Origin: a virus
Direction: 5' to 3' (one strand)
Length of the DNA: 64,000 bases
IMG/VR virus record: IMGVR_UViG_3300045049_000234
Coordinates: 47,180-111,179 of that record
Shown: positions 7,845 through 16,095 of the stretch, one piece after another
Layout of the letters: each line of letters starts with the position of its first letter
How positions within the stretch are numbered: the first letter of the stretch is position 1
Notes under the pieces: model-generated
What the model was told of the DNA's origin: nothing
Seen by the model: the letters and a program-made list of their open reading frames with translations, nothing else
Database searches by the model: none
Position numbers and translations under genes: made by a program

Positions 7845-8531
7845 CTAGACTACGGCGTCCACGTTAGCGTTGTCAAGGGGATCGGCCTGCGAAGTCATCC
7901 GCATTCGCCTGCCCAGTTCGATCCATGCGTGCCGTGGCCACATCGTGCGGCACCCACGGCACTGGATCTTCTGCGCGTACGGGTCCGCCCACAGCGACGT
8001 CCCGCACACCATCCCGTCGTCCGCCGTCTGCGGGCACATCCCGATCATCCGTGACTCGCCGGGACCGTTGACCTGAACGCGGCACGCCGCCGCCCACTCC
8101 CGGATGTTCGCCGCGAACGCGTCCGCCTCGGCGTGCTCATCCGCCGCCCACGTCCAGTTGTTGCGCAGGAACGTCACCGCGCCGACCACCGACTGCTGCA
8201 CCGTCCCCCGGAACGGTCGCGCCGTCCATCCGAGCACCATGCGCCAGTCCGATTCCCAGTAGTGCAGGACGCTGACGATGCCGCCGTGCGCCCGCAGGCT
8301 CAGCGGCTCCAGCCGAACCGGCACCGGCGATCCCACGCGCCCCCCGCCGGACACGCGGGCGTCGGTGCGCATCCCCCACGACGGTTCCAGCATCTCCCCC
8401 AACGCCTCGTACAGCGCCGGTATCGCCGTCAGGTCGGCGTCCACGTGCGCGATGCACAGGCCGCACACGCGGCGGGTGGACGATCGGCGGCAGATCATGC
8501 ACTGGACGGACACGGGCTGGTCAGTGAGCAC
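7845..8531 (-). CDS. Phage protein with N- and C-terminal Cys (Zn-binding) motifs
   Basis: CMIC...CGLC and CPQ...CG...CRGC; protein-like composition. Confidence 0.7.
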   Translation of the reverse strand: MLTDQPVSVQCMICRRSSTRRVCGLCIAHVDADLTAIPALYEALGEMLEPSWGMRTDARVSGGGRVGSPVPVRLEPLSLRAHGGIVSVLHYWESDWRMVLGWTARPFRGTVQQSVVGAVTFLRNNWTWAADEHAEADAFAANIREWAAACRVQVNGPGESRMIGMCPQTADDGMVCGTSLWADPYAQKIQCRGCRTMWPRHAWIELGRRMRMTSQADPLDNANVDAVV

Positions 8532-8571
8532 GGCGCCCCCTCATGGTGTTTTTTATGAGGGTAGCGCCGTG

Positions 8572-9697
8572 CATCCATGCCTTGCGCAACGATGCCGAGG
8601 CCAGCGCCGCCATGCCGGGCTCGGCCGTGCCGTGCCACGTCGTGCGGGCAACCACCGACTAGCCGGTGACCACCCGCACGACACGGAACCATGCGTTGCC
8701 AAGCCGCGCGCTGCGCTGCCGAGCCGTTACCTAGCCGGGCCAAGTACCGCCATGCGAAGCCGGACCATGCCGGGCACTGCGTAGCGCCGCCTCGCGTGCG
8801 CGCCGGGGCCTCGAACCCCGGTGACATCCGGTCGCGCGCCATCCATGCCGTGCCGAGACAGGCCGCGCGTTGCACTGCCTAGCCCGGCCGTCCACCGTCC
8901 GTGCCTTGCCGTACCTCGCCATGCGCCGCCACGCCGGACTGAGCCCAGTTCTGCCGAGCATGGGAACCTTGCCGCGCCTCGCATTGCCAAGCCGAGCGAT
9001 GCCCGGTCTGGCCACGCGTCGCCCCGCCGCGACCCCACGGCGGGGTTGTCCTTGCGTTGCCGAGCCACGCCACGCCTAACCAGGCCACGCCGCGCACAGC
9101 CGCGCCCCGACCCCAGAGCGCGGGTATCCGTGCCTTGCCCCGCGTAGTCATGCGTCACCTTGCCACACGGTGCGGCGCCAAGCCATGCATTGCCCGGCCG
9201 GGTCGTGCCGTGCGCAGCTATGCCGAGCGCAGCGCAGCCCAGGGACGGCACGCGGTGGTCCCGCGTACCAACCTTGGGTTGCGCCCTCGCCGCTCGGCCA
9301 TACCCCGCCTAGCATGGCCGAGCGGCGCCGTGCGGCGTCCATGCCTTGCCTGGCGTTGCCACGCCAGTGCCGCGCTCAGCCGAGCGATGCCGGGGCCAGC
9401 CCTGCCATCGCCTCTGCCCAGCCAAGACAGCGACACACCGGTGATGTGCCACCGCCCCGGCTGGGTCCGTGCCTCGCCGCGCGGAGCCAAACCGGGCCAA
9501 ACGTTGCCGGGTCGTGCCCCACCATGCCGCGACCCCACGACATGACGTCCATGCCTAGCCACGCCAGACCTCGCACAGCATCGCCTAGCGTCGCCAGGTC
9601 CTTGCCAAGCCGGGTCGCGCCGCGCTACGTCCAGCGTTGCCGTGCGCTGCCGCGCCGGGCGTTGCGTTGCCACGCCATCGCATCGCGAAGCCAGGCC
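8572..9697 (-). repeat. Non-coding array of 5-nt periodic (G/C/T)GY-NN repeats in discrete tracts separated by linkers/hairpins (candidate guide-RNA array)
   Basis: Example 9106-9047: GGCGC GGCTG TGCGC GGCGT GGCCT GGTTA GGCGT GGCGT GGCTC GGCAA CGCAA GGACA. There are 23 in-register pentamers at 9239-9125. All six frames give only low-complexity A/R/G/W/P peptides. Confidence 0.9.
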
Positions 9698-9700
9698 ACG

Positions 9701-10267
9701 TTACGCCGCCGCATCCTCGTCCGGTGCGATGCCCATGGCGCGCATCCGGCGTTCGATGTCAGCGAGACGGCGATCCGTCGCCTCGCTGTGGTTGCGCGTC
9801 TCCGTGCGCAGGTCGTCCAGCGTCTTCTGCATCCGGGCCGTCTTGGACGCCTGCCGCCGGTTGATCTCCATCTGATAGGCGAACGCGGTGGCGACGGTTT
9901 CGAACGCGGCGCGCACCGCCGGGCTTTCGCCGGACAGATCGACGTTGACCGCCTTCGAGTAGGCGCGCTGAAGCTGCCGACCCGCCTTGCGGCCGTGGCG
10001 CCGCGCCAGCCCGAGCTGTGCGACGGCGTCCACGACGACATAGCCGACGCCGCGTACGGCGTCCACGGCGCGCTTCTCGTCCTCCTCGAACCGCCGCGCG
10101 GCGTCCCGGAACGCGACCCGCAGCGTCTGCCGGTCGCGCACAGGGTCCAGCTCCAGCGCTTCGGCCATCTCCTCGAACGTGATCAGATCGCCGATGGCCT
10201 TGGTCCGCAGGAGGCCGTACATCACCTTCCAACGGGCGGTGTCGCCGATGGGGGCGAACGGGCTCAT
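9701..10267 (-). CDS. Putative winged-HTH plus coiled-coil protein, translationally coupled to the RAMP-like gene
   Basis: ITFEEMAEALELD...AVRGVGYVVV resembles a wHTH helix and wing; helical C-terminus; ATGA overlap at 10264-10267. Confidence 0.7.
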   Translation of the reverse strand: MSPFAPIGDTARWKVMYGLLRTKAIGDLITFEEMAEALELDPVRDRQTLRVAFRDAARRFEEDEKRAVDAVRGVGYVVVDAVAQLGLARRHGRKAGRQLQRAYSKAVNVDLSGESPAVRAAFETVATAFAYQMEINRRQASKTARMQKTLDDLRTETRNHSEATDRRLADIERRMRAMGIAPDEDAAA

Positions 10268-10848
10268 GCGTTGTCCGGGATGACGGTGACGCTGCCCGCG
10301 AACCGGCCGTACCGGGGGCGCCAGTTGCCCAGGCCGATCAGGCTCCCGGCGATGTCAACGATCTGTTCGAAGTCGCCGAGGTCGATGATCTGCGTGTCCA
10401 CGTAGATGATCGCGGAGGTGGCCCAGTCATGGAAGATCGGCCGCGTGCGGATCACGCGGGCGTTGTTGACCTTCACGGACGCCTGGTGCCGGAACGACTC
10501 GTCGGCCCACAACGCCTCCGGGTCGCGCGGACCCTTGTAGACCAGCGGATTGACGTTGGACAGGACGATGACGCCCGTCTGCACCTTGGGTCCGAGCTTG
10601 CGCTTGCGCGCGGCGTCCAGCAGCGCGCGATAGATGTTGTCGCCCGGCATGTACGGACCCTGCTCCGAGTCGTGGTACAGGCCGCCCAGGAACTCGGCGT
10701 GTGCCATTTCCGCGTAGTCGTCGTCGGTCTTGGACCGCTTGGCGCTGATCTTCTTGATGGACTTCGCGATCGGGTCCAGCGGATTGGACAGCCGCGCGTT
10801 GTGTACCAGCAACGGGCACGTGCCCGTAACATCCAACTTGATATCCAT
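10264..10848 (-). CDS. Stand-alone RAMP/Cas7-like (RRM-fold) protein, 194 aa
   Basis: Start ATG at 10848 after GAGGAACCC. N-terminal strand IKLDVTGTCPLLVHN, PYMPGDNIYRALLDAA (compare Cas7/Csm3 P.IPGSS.KG.LR), RVIRTRPIFHDW, and a C-terminal Gly-rich loop AGSLIGLGNWRPRYGRF. Confidence 0.78.
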   Translation of the reverse strand: MDIKLDVTGTCPLLVHNARLSNPLDPIAKSIKKISAKRSKTDDDYAEMAHAEFLGGLYHDSEQGPYMPGDNIYRALLDAARKRKLGPKVQTGVIVLSNVNPLVYKGPRDPEALWADESFRHQASVKVNNARVIRTRPIFHDWATSAIIYVDTQIIDLGDFEQIVDIAGSLIGLGNWRPRYGRFAGSVTVIPDNA

Positions 10849-10864
10849 GGGTTCCTCTCGATGA

Positions 10865-10975
10865 TGACCGTGCCTCGCGTTGCCAAACCATGCCGGGCGG
10901 TGCCGCGCCTGGCATCGCCGTGCCTCGCGTTGCATTGCGCCGCGACGCCAAACGCAACCGTTGCCACGCCACGCG
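10865..10975 (-). repeat. Leader tract of (G/C/T)GY-NN pentamers between promoter and RBS of the RAMP-like gene
   Basis: GGCGT CGCGG CGCAA TGCAA CGCGA GGCAC GGCGA TGCCA GGCGC GGCAC CGCCC GGCAT GGTTT GGCAA CGCGA GGCAC GGTCA (17 in register), plus a few upstream. Confidence 0.88.
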
Positions 10976-10987
10976 CTGATGTTGACC

Positions 10988-11017
10988 ACACTATCACCGG
11001 TCATGCCATAAATACAA
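10988..11017 (-). promoter_or_regulatory. Putative promoter of the RAMP/repeat locus
   Basis: TTGTAT-18 nt-TAGTGT with TGn extension, in a locally AT-rich patch. Confidence 0.55.
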
Positions 11018-11097
11018 ATCCGCAACACGCTGACCTGCGGATATCCCAAGTCTTGCCGTGCGGCGCCTGACGCTGCCGCGCATAGCCAAGCGATGCG

Positions 11098-11952
11098 TTA
11101 CTCTGCGTCGGTGTCGGGTTCCTCGACGTCTTCGACCACATCGCCGTCCACGATGTCGGCGGCGTCCGTCACTTCGGTGGCGTCGGTGCGCGGGTTGACG
11201 TCCAACCGCACGCCGCCGTCCACGGCCAGTCCGCGCACGTACTGCGTGGACCGGGGCGCCGTCTTGAGTACATCGATAAGCGTTGTTTTCAACGCCATGG
11301 CATCAAAGTGATCACGCCACGGGCCGACGATCTCGCCATTCTTGCGGGCCATCGCGAACTTGTCGCGGTGTTCCTCGCAGTCCTCGCGTGTCCACGCGGA
11401 GAACAGCGGCCGGGGACCGCCCACCAGATGAACCACCGAGTAGTAATCGGTCACCGGTCCGCGAGCGGCGCGGGGCGCCCGCGACGGGATGTGCTCGATA
11501 CGGCTGTCCGTTCCGTACCTAACGTCGAAGAAATCACTTTCGTAACGCTTGTGCGCCTCGATCGACACCACGCGGTCCGACCGGTACGCCAGGTTGATCA
11601 ATCCCGGATAGCCGATGATCAAGGTGGCTTCCATGCGCCCCTTGTTGCGCATCGGCAGCAGCCACGCCTCGCCCAGCACCGCCGGGCGCAGACCGAGCTG
11701 TGCGCACGTCATCAGGCCGCCCAGCACGGACATCGGGTCGCACTCCGCCAGGCGCGGCGTCTTGCGCAGGACCGTCATGGCGTCGCGGGCAAGCTGGACG
11801 GCGTCGTGGCCGCGCGGCATGGCCCGCTCGAAATCCGGGATCATCTTCCTGATCTCGTCGGCCAGGGACCGCCGCCCCTCGTCCGGCGTGCGCGGGGTGT
11901 TCGGCGCCAGTTCGCCGCGCTGCGTGCGCATCCGGTTCGCCAGGTCGTTCAT
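11098..11952 (-). CDS. recT: RecT-family single-strand annealing protein
   Basis: LAECDPMSVLGGLMTCAQLGLRP..LGEAWLLP, LIIGYPGLINLAYRS, GPWRDHFDAMALKT. Confidence 0.93.
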   Translation of the reverse strand: MNDLANRMRTQRGELAPNTPRTPDEGRRSLADEIRKMIPDFERAMPRGHDAVQLARDAMTVLRKTPRLAECDPMSVLGGLMTCAQLGLRPAVLGEAWLLPMRNKGRMEATLIIGYPGLINLAYRSDRVVSIEAHKRYESDFFDVRYGTDSRIEHIPSRAPRAARGPVTDYYSVVHLVGGPRPLFSAWTREDCEEHRDKFAMARKNGEIVGPWRDHFDAMALKTTLIDVLKTAPRSTQYVRGLAVDGGVRLDVNPRTDATEVTDAADIVDGDVVEDVEEPDTDAE

Positions 11953-12338
11953 GCGGACTCCTCCTCATCCGGCCAGACGATGTGCGCCTGGACCTTGATC
12001 GCCTTGCCGTCGCGGATGACCACCCGCCAGATGTCTTCGTTGTCCTCGCCGAAGCAGTTGAACCGACCGGTGAACGTGTGATCGGGGAACGCGTCGATGG
12101 CGTCCTGTACGGCGCCGGTCAGGTCGATCTCCCGGTACTCGTCCTGATAGGTGACCTCCAGCCGCGTCGCGTAGCGGCGGGTCAGGATTCCCTGATCCGT
12201 TTCGGTGTCCTCTTCGCGGACCGCCAGGCTGACCTCCGAGTCCCCGTTGACGAACTCAGAGTCTTTCATTTCGCCCCATTCGATCGGCGGATCGATCTCG
12301 ATCGAGTCGGGCGGCCATACGCGGGTGTGATAGCCCAT
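11949..12338 (-). CDS. Hypothetical acidic phage protein
   Basis: GAGGAACCC-ATG; 4-nt overlap with recT. Confidence 0.75.
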   Translation of the reverse strand: MGYHTRVWPPDSIEIDPPIEWGEMKDSEFVNGDSEVSLAVREEDTETDQGILTRRYATRLEVTYQDEYREIDLTGAVQDAIDAFPDHTFTGRFNCFGEDNEDIWRVVIRDGKAIKVQAHIVWPDEEESA

Positions 12339-12345
12339 GGGTTCC

Positions 12346-13350
12346 TCACGTCATGGTTGGGTTGAACCGGCGTGACCGGTAGGCGGTGTAGATGTCGGGG
12401 TGTTCCTTGGCGAACCGGTCCTTGTCGAACTCCACGACGGTGCGCGTGTAGGCGTCGTACAGGCCCGGCTTGTCCTCGCGCAGAGCGTTGACGTTCATCG
12501 GGCCGGTGTTGCGCCATGTGACCACCGGTTTGTCGTCCACGAGCCCCGCATGCGCGGAGCCGAGCGCGGCGCACACGCGCGCCTGCGCGGCGTCCTGCGC
12601 CGCCTTCAGCGCTTTGATCTGTTCGCCCAGCGACCGGTATTCGGCCAGGTCGTACAGCGCGTCGCGGTCCAACACCACGGCCTCGTCAAGGTCCGCCATC
12701 GGATGCAGGCGCTTGATCAGCTCCGGGTCGGCGGCGTGCATCCCGAACTCCGGCGGCACCTGCGGCAGGACGTGCTGATGCCAGAACTCGTCCTCGATCG
12801 CGGTCAGGTCGCTGATCAGCGACTCGTCGCGGTCCACCCGCCGCACCACCAGTTCCACGCCGACCAGCGCGGCAATCCACACGTGGGTGCGGCCGGTGAC
12901 CTTCAGCCCGTGCTGGCCCTGTACCGCCGCGCGGTCCGTCACCGCGCCGTCGGCCCACTCCGAGGCCATGCGGAAGCTCGTGGTCTTCATCTCCAGCAGC
13001 CCGCCGTCCTCGGTCAGGCCGTCGGGCGTGTAGAGCTGCCAGGGGTTCTCACGCGACTGGAGCAGCCCGCACGTGGTCACGCGTACGCCGGTCACTTCGG
13101 TGAACCACTCGCGGATCATCGGCTCGGCGCGGTGGCCGAACGCCATCGCCGGAGTGTAAGGCATCTCCGGAAGCCGCGACGTCTTGTCCAGGTAGACCTT
13201 GAGGCGGGATGAGAACGGGTCCAGACCGGCCACACCGGGCGCGTCCGATCCGCCGATCCCCTGCTGCCGTGCGCGCAGCCACATGTCCCGTGGGGCGCCG
13301 TGGGGCAGCAGCTCCTCACACTCGTCCGTGGAGTTCACACCGGGGGTCAT
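12346..13350 (-). CDS. YqaJ-like viral recombinase exonuclease (RecE partner)
   Basis: WLRARQQGIGGSDA, FGHRAEP, TPDG...LLEMKT, Q.QH.L.VTG. Confidence 0.93.
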   Translation of the reverse strand: MTPGVNSTDECEELLPHGAPRDMWLRARQQGIGGSDAPGVAGLDPFSSRLKVYLDKTSRLPEMPYTPAMAFGHRAEPMIREWFTEVTGVRVTTCGLLQSRENPWQLYTPDGLTEDGGLLEMKTTSFRMASEWADGAVTDRAAVQGQHGLKVTGRTHVWIAALVGVELVVRRVDRDESLISDLTAIEDEFWHQHVLPQVPPEFGMHAADPELIKRLHPMADLDEAVVLDRDALYDLAEYRSLGEQIKALKAAQDAAQARVCAALGSAHAGLVDDKPVVTWRNTGPMNVNALREDKPGLYDAYTRTVVEFDKDRFAKEHPDIYTAYRSRRFNPTMT

Positions 13351-13380
13351 GGCACTATCCTCCCCGTCGGCACCGACACC

Positions 13381-13770
13381 TCACCGCCGGTTGGCGCCGT
13401 CCGCAAGGAACGAGTCGGCCAGCTTCCACACGCCGCACGGCCATGCCACCGGCGCCCCGTCCATCGAACACGCCTGGCACAGCACCGCCGACGGGTAGCC
13501 GTTGGCCATCTGCGCGGCGGACGGCATCGGCAGGTGGGTCTGGCGCTGCTTGTCCATCAGCGTCCGGATGCGCGCGATCTCGCCCAAGCACATCAGTCCC
13601 GCTTTGATGGCGTCGTCCGTCTTGCGCCCGAAGTCCGCCACGACGGAGTCCGGCACGTCGCGATCACCGGGGTAGCGGGTGCCGATGGTCAGATAGTCCA
13701 GGGTGAATCCCATCAGCGCCTTGGACGCGAACGCGAGGTCGAAGGGCGGCATCGTGGGGGTTTCGGTCAC
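13381..13770 (-). CDS. Hypothetical protein
   Basis: AGGAGG SD; promoter 13797-13825 TTGACC-ATGCTAATCC..-TACGAT; CQAC...WPC motif. Confidence 0.7.
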   Translation of the reverse strand: MTETPTMPPFDLAFASKALMGFTLDYLTIGTRYPGDRDVPDSVVADFGRKTDDAIKAGLMCLGEIARIRTLMDKQRQTHLPMPSAAQMANGYPSAVLCQACSMDGAPVAWPCGVWKLADSFLADGANRR

Positions 13771-13881
13771 GTGATCCTCCTGGGGTGAGGTTCACTATCG
13801 TACGCCACCGGATTAGCATGGTCAACACGACGGCGCCGGAAGGACGGTGTACGTCCTTCCGGCGCCGTCGTGCCCGGCTGC

Positions 13882-15366
13882 CTACCGGTTGCGCCGCCGG
13901 TTTGCCGAGCCCAACGGGTTGAACGGGACGGGGATGTCCTCGTCCTCGCGCCAGTGGAGCTGTCCGACGCTCTTCCCCGACAGGAACGCGTTCCACGCCT
14001 TGACGTAGAGGGCGTACTGCCCCAGCGTGGTCATGCCGCCTCGGGAGTTGGCCCGCTTCCCGGCGGCGGCGGCGTTGCCCAGTACCCGGATGAGCTTGAG
14101 TGCGGGGGAATTCGCCGACAGGTTCGCGCCGGTGATGAGCTGCTGATGCCAGATCCCGTGCGGGCCGCCGGGGTGCTCGCGGTGCGTCATGAACAACGCC
14201 GCGTACGCGGCCGTGCGGGTCATGTGCACGTGGTGCATCAGCTCGCTTGTCTGGGTGGTGTAGTAGCCCAGGTCGAAGTACGGCCCCTCCTCCCACGGCT
14301 CACCGTCGTCGCCGGGGATGCGCAGCGCGTCTACGATCTCTTCCTTGCTGTACGCGGTGTGCTCCACCTCGTAACGGCCCAGCGGATTTCCGTTGGCGTC
14401 CCGGCGGTCCAGGTTCAGGCACAGCGTGACGGCGGCGGCCAGCGCGGTCCGCGTCGGCTTGATCTCCTTGCGTTCGCCCTTGTCCGTGGTGACGTACCAG
14501 TGGAGGTCCGCCATCGCGATCGAGTCACCGGCGGTGCGCGTCTTGCCGTCGTCCATCGCGAAGAACGCCGCCGGGTCCATCCCGTACGTGGCGTAGATAG
14601 TCAGATTGAACCCCGCCTTGATGGCGGCGAGGAACCGCTGGCGGCCGTCCAACACGCATCCGTGCCAGTCGATCGCAACGCCCTGATGCGTAACGCGCCA
14701 CTGTCCCCGCCGCATGCGGCCTTCGTACTTCTCGACGGTGGAGCGCTGCGGCGGGCGCGTGTTGCACACGCTGACATCCAGCAGCTCCGCCATCTGGGCC
14801 GGGGTGAAGGTGACCAGGCGCGGCGGCTGGAGCACCGGGTAGCGCTTGTTGCCGACCCCCGGCTGCTGCGTCAGCGCAGCGGTGACCGCGTCGTTGACCG
14901 CCTGCTGATCGAGTTCGTCTTTGCTCATCACGGGTGCGCCGTTCATGTTTCGACGTTCGGGGGACTCCAGTGTGGCCTTGAGCGCCGCCACCGATGCCGG
15001 GATCGACACCTGCTCGGCGGCGCGCCTCTCCGCCTCGGCCAGGAGCTTGTCGTTCCTGTTGCGGTCCGCCAGCAGCGCCACCTTGCGCGGGTCGGGCTTG
15101 TCGTCCACCGGGCGCTCGTCCTTCCTCGGGGTCCTGCGCTGGACGCGGAAGTCAACGCCCGTGGTTCTGCGCAGATCCGCGATGGCGTTGTTCAAGCTGC
15201 GCGCGGACGAGGGTGTGGCGGAGAACACGCCGTACATCCGCTCGCCGCCGTCCTCTTCATCCCGTGTGACCTTCCAGTGGCCGCTGCCGTTGAGTTCACA
15301 CGTGAACCCGGCGGCGCGGATGCGGTCCACCAGGTCGAGCGTGTCCTGCGTACTGCCTTTGGTCAT
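13882..15366 (-). CDS. Protein with N-terminal HicA-like domain and central ParB/Srx-like domain
   Basis: GGAGGACCC-ATG at 15366; RAAGFTCELNGSGHWKV...SATPSSARSLNNAIADLRR; MRRGQWRVTHQGVAIDWHGCVLDGRQRFLAAIKAG. Confidence 0.65.
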   Translation of the reverse strand: MTKGSTQDTLDLVDRIRAAGFTCELNGSGHWKVTRDEEDGGERMYGVFSATPSSARSLNNAIADLRRTTGVDFRVQRRTPRKDERPVDDKPDPRKVALLADRNRNDKLLAEAERRAAEQVSIPASVAALKATLESPERRNMNGAPVMSKDELDQQAVNDAVTAALTQQPGVGNKRYPVLQPPRLVTFTPAQMAELLDVSVCNTRPPQRSTVEKYEGRMRRGQWRVTHQGVAIDWHGCVLDGRQRFLAAIKAGFNLTIYATYGMDPAAFFAMDDGKTRTAGDSIAMADLHWYVTTDKGERKEIKPTRTALAAAVTLCLNLDRRDANGNPLGRYEVEHTAYSKEEIVDALRIPGDDGEPWEEGPYFDLGYYTTQTSELMHHVHMTRTAAYAALFMTHREHPGGPHGIWHQQLITGANLSANSPALKLIRVLGNAAAAGKRANSRGGMTTLGQYALYVKAWNAFLSGKSVGQLHWREDEDIPVPFNPLGSANRRRNR

Positions 15367-15458
15367 GGGTCCTCCACGGTGTTGCCGGTTCCGGGCGCCG
15401 CCGCCGGTAGGATCGGGCGGCGTTCCCGGACGGTCGGTTCCTCGCGACCGCATCCACT

Positions 15459-15529
15459 ACCGTACGCGTATGGGTTAGCGTAGTCAAGCGTCAATGTGTG
15501 TTGACCCTACTATGTCCGGGACGTACCCT
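15459..15529. promoter_or_regulatory. Back-to-back divergent promoters
   Basis: Minus TTGACT-ACGCTAACCC..-TACGGT (15487-15459); plus TTGACC-CTACTATG..-TACCCT (15501-15529). Confidence 0.7.
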
Positions 15530-15564
15530 AGTGATGATCCCGACCACGTACGGAAAGGGGACAC

Positions 15565-16095
15565 ATGACCGCGCGTGAGAACCGCCTGCCCCACCGGGGT
15601 GTTCTCGCCGGTGGCCGCGAACTGGCCGCATACGCCGAGGTCACCCCGGAGCGGGCTCGCCAGCTCACCCTCAAGAAGTGGTGGACGCTGGAACCGCTCG
15701 ACTTCATCGGCGGCCGGTTCGTCTACAGCTACCCGGCGGCCGTCCGGCTGCTGAACGACCACGGCTACCCGCGCCGCCTGCATCCGGATTTCCCGCCGCC
15801 GGTGCGCGCCCGCCGGGGCCACGCCGCGCAGGAGAACCCGCCCAAGCGCGAACACCGGGGGGTGCTGGCCGGTATCGGCGAGATCGCCCGCACCGCGTGC
15901 GTTCCCACATCCCGCGCCACCAAGATGACGCAGGAGAAGTGGTGGACCGCGCAGCCCCTGGACCATCTGGCCGGAGGCACCGTGTATTCATATCCTGACG
16001 TTGCGAAGCTCCTGGAAGACCAGGGCTACCCGCGCCGGTACAAGACGATCGGCGCCCGGATCGAGGCGCAGAACAAGGTCACTCGCGCAGGATGA
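15565..16095 (+). CDS. DNA-binding protein with two tandem excisionase/MerR-like HTH repeats
   Basis: Internal duplication HRGVLAG..E.A.......A.....KWWT..PLD...G..VYSYP....LL.D.GYPRR; lone plus-strand gene in a minus-strand block. Confidence 0.7.
   Translation: MTARENRLPHRGVLAGGRELAAYAEVTPERARQLTLKKWWTLEPLDFIGGRFVYSYPAAVRLLNDHGYPRRLHPDFPPPVRARRGHAAQENPPKREHRGVLAGIGEIARTACVPTSRATKMTQEKWWTAQPLDHLAGGTVYSYPDVAKLLEDQGYPRRYKTIGARIEAQNKVTRAG

Noticed and set aside
8572-9697. Canonical CRISPR array or simple microsatellite
   Set aside because: No 25-40 nt direct repeats. The NN positions are diverse and tracts have defined ends, unlike slippage-derived satellites.
8495-9875. Numerous ORFs over the pentamer region
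   Set aside because: Low-complexity A/R/G/W/P translations produced by a 5-nt period, with no SD or codon bias; treated as non-coding.
10849-11049. N-terminal extension of the RAMP-like ORF to 11049
   Set aside because: It translates the promoter and pentamer tract; the SD supports ATG at 10848.
13870-15483. Long plus-strand ORF (537 aa)
   Set aside because: Antisense shadow of the minus-strand gene; common in high-GC DNA.
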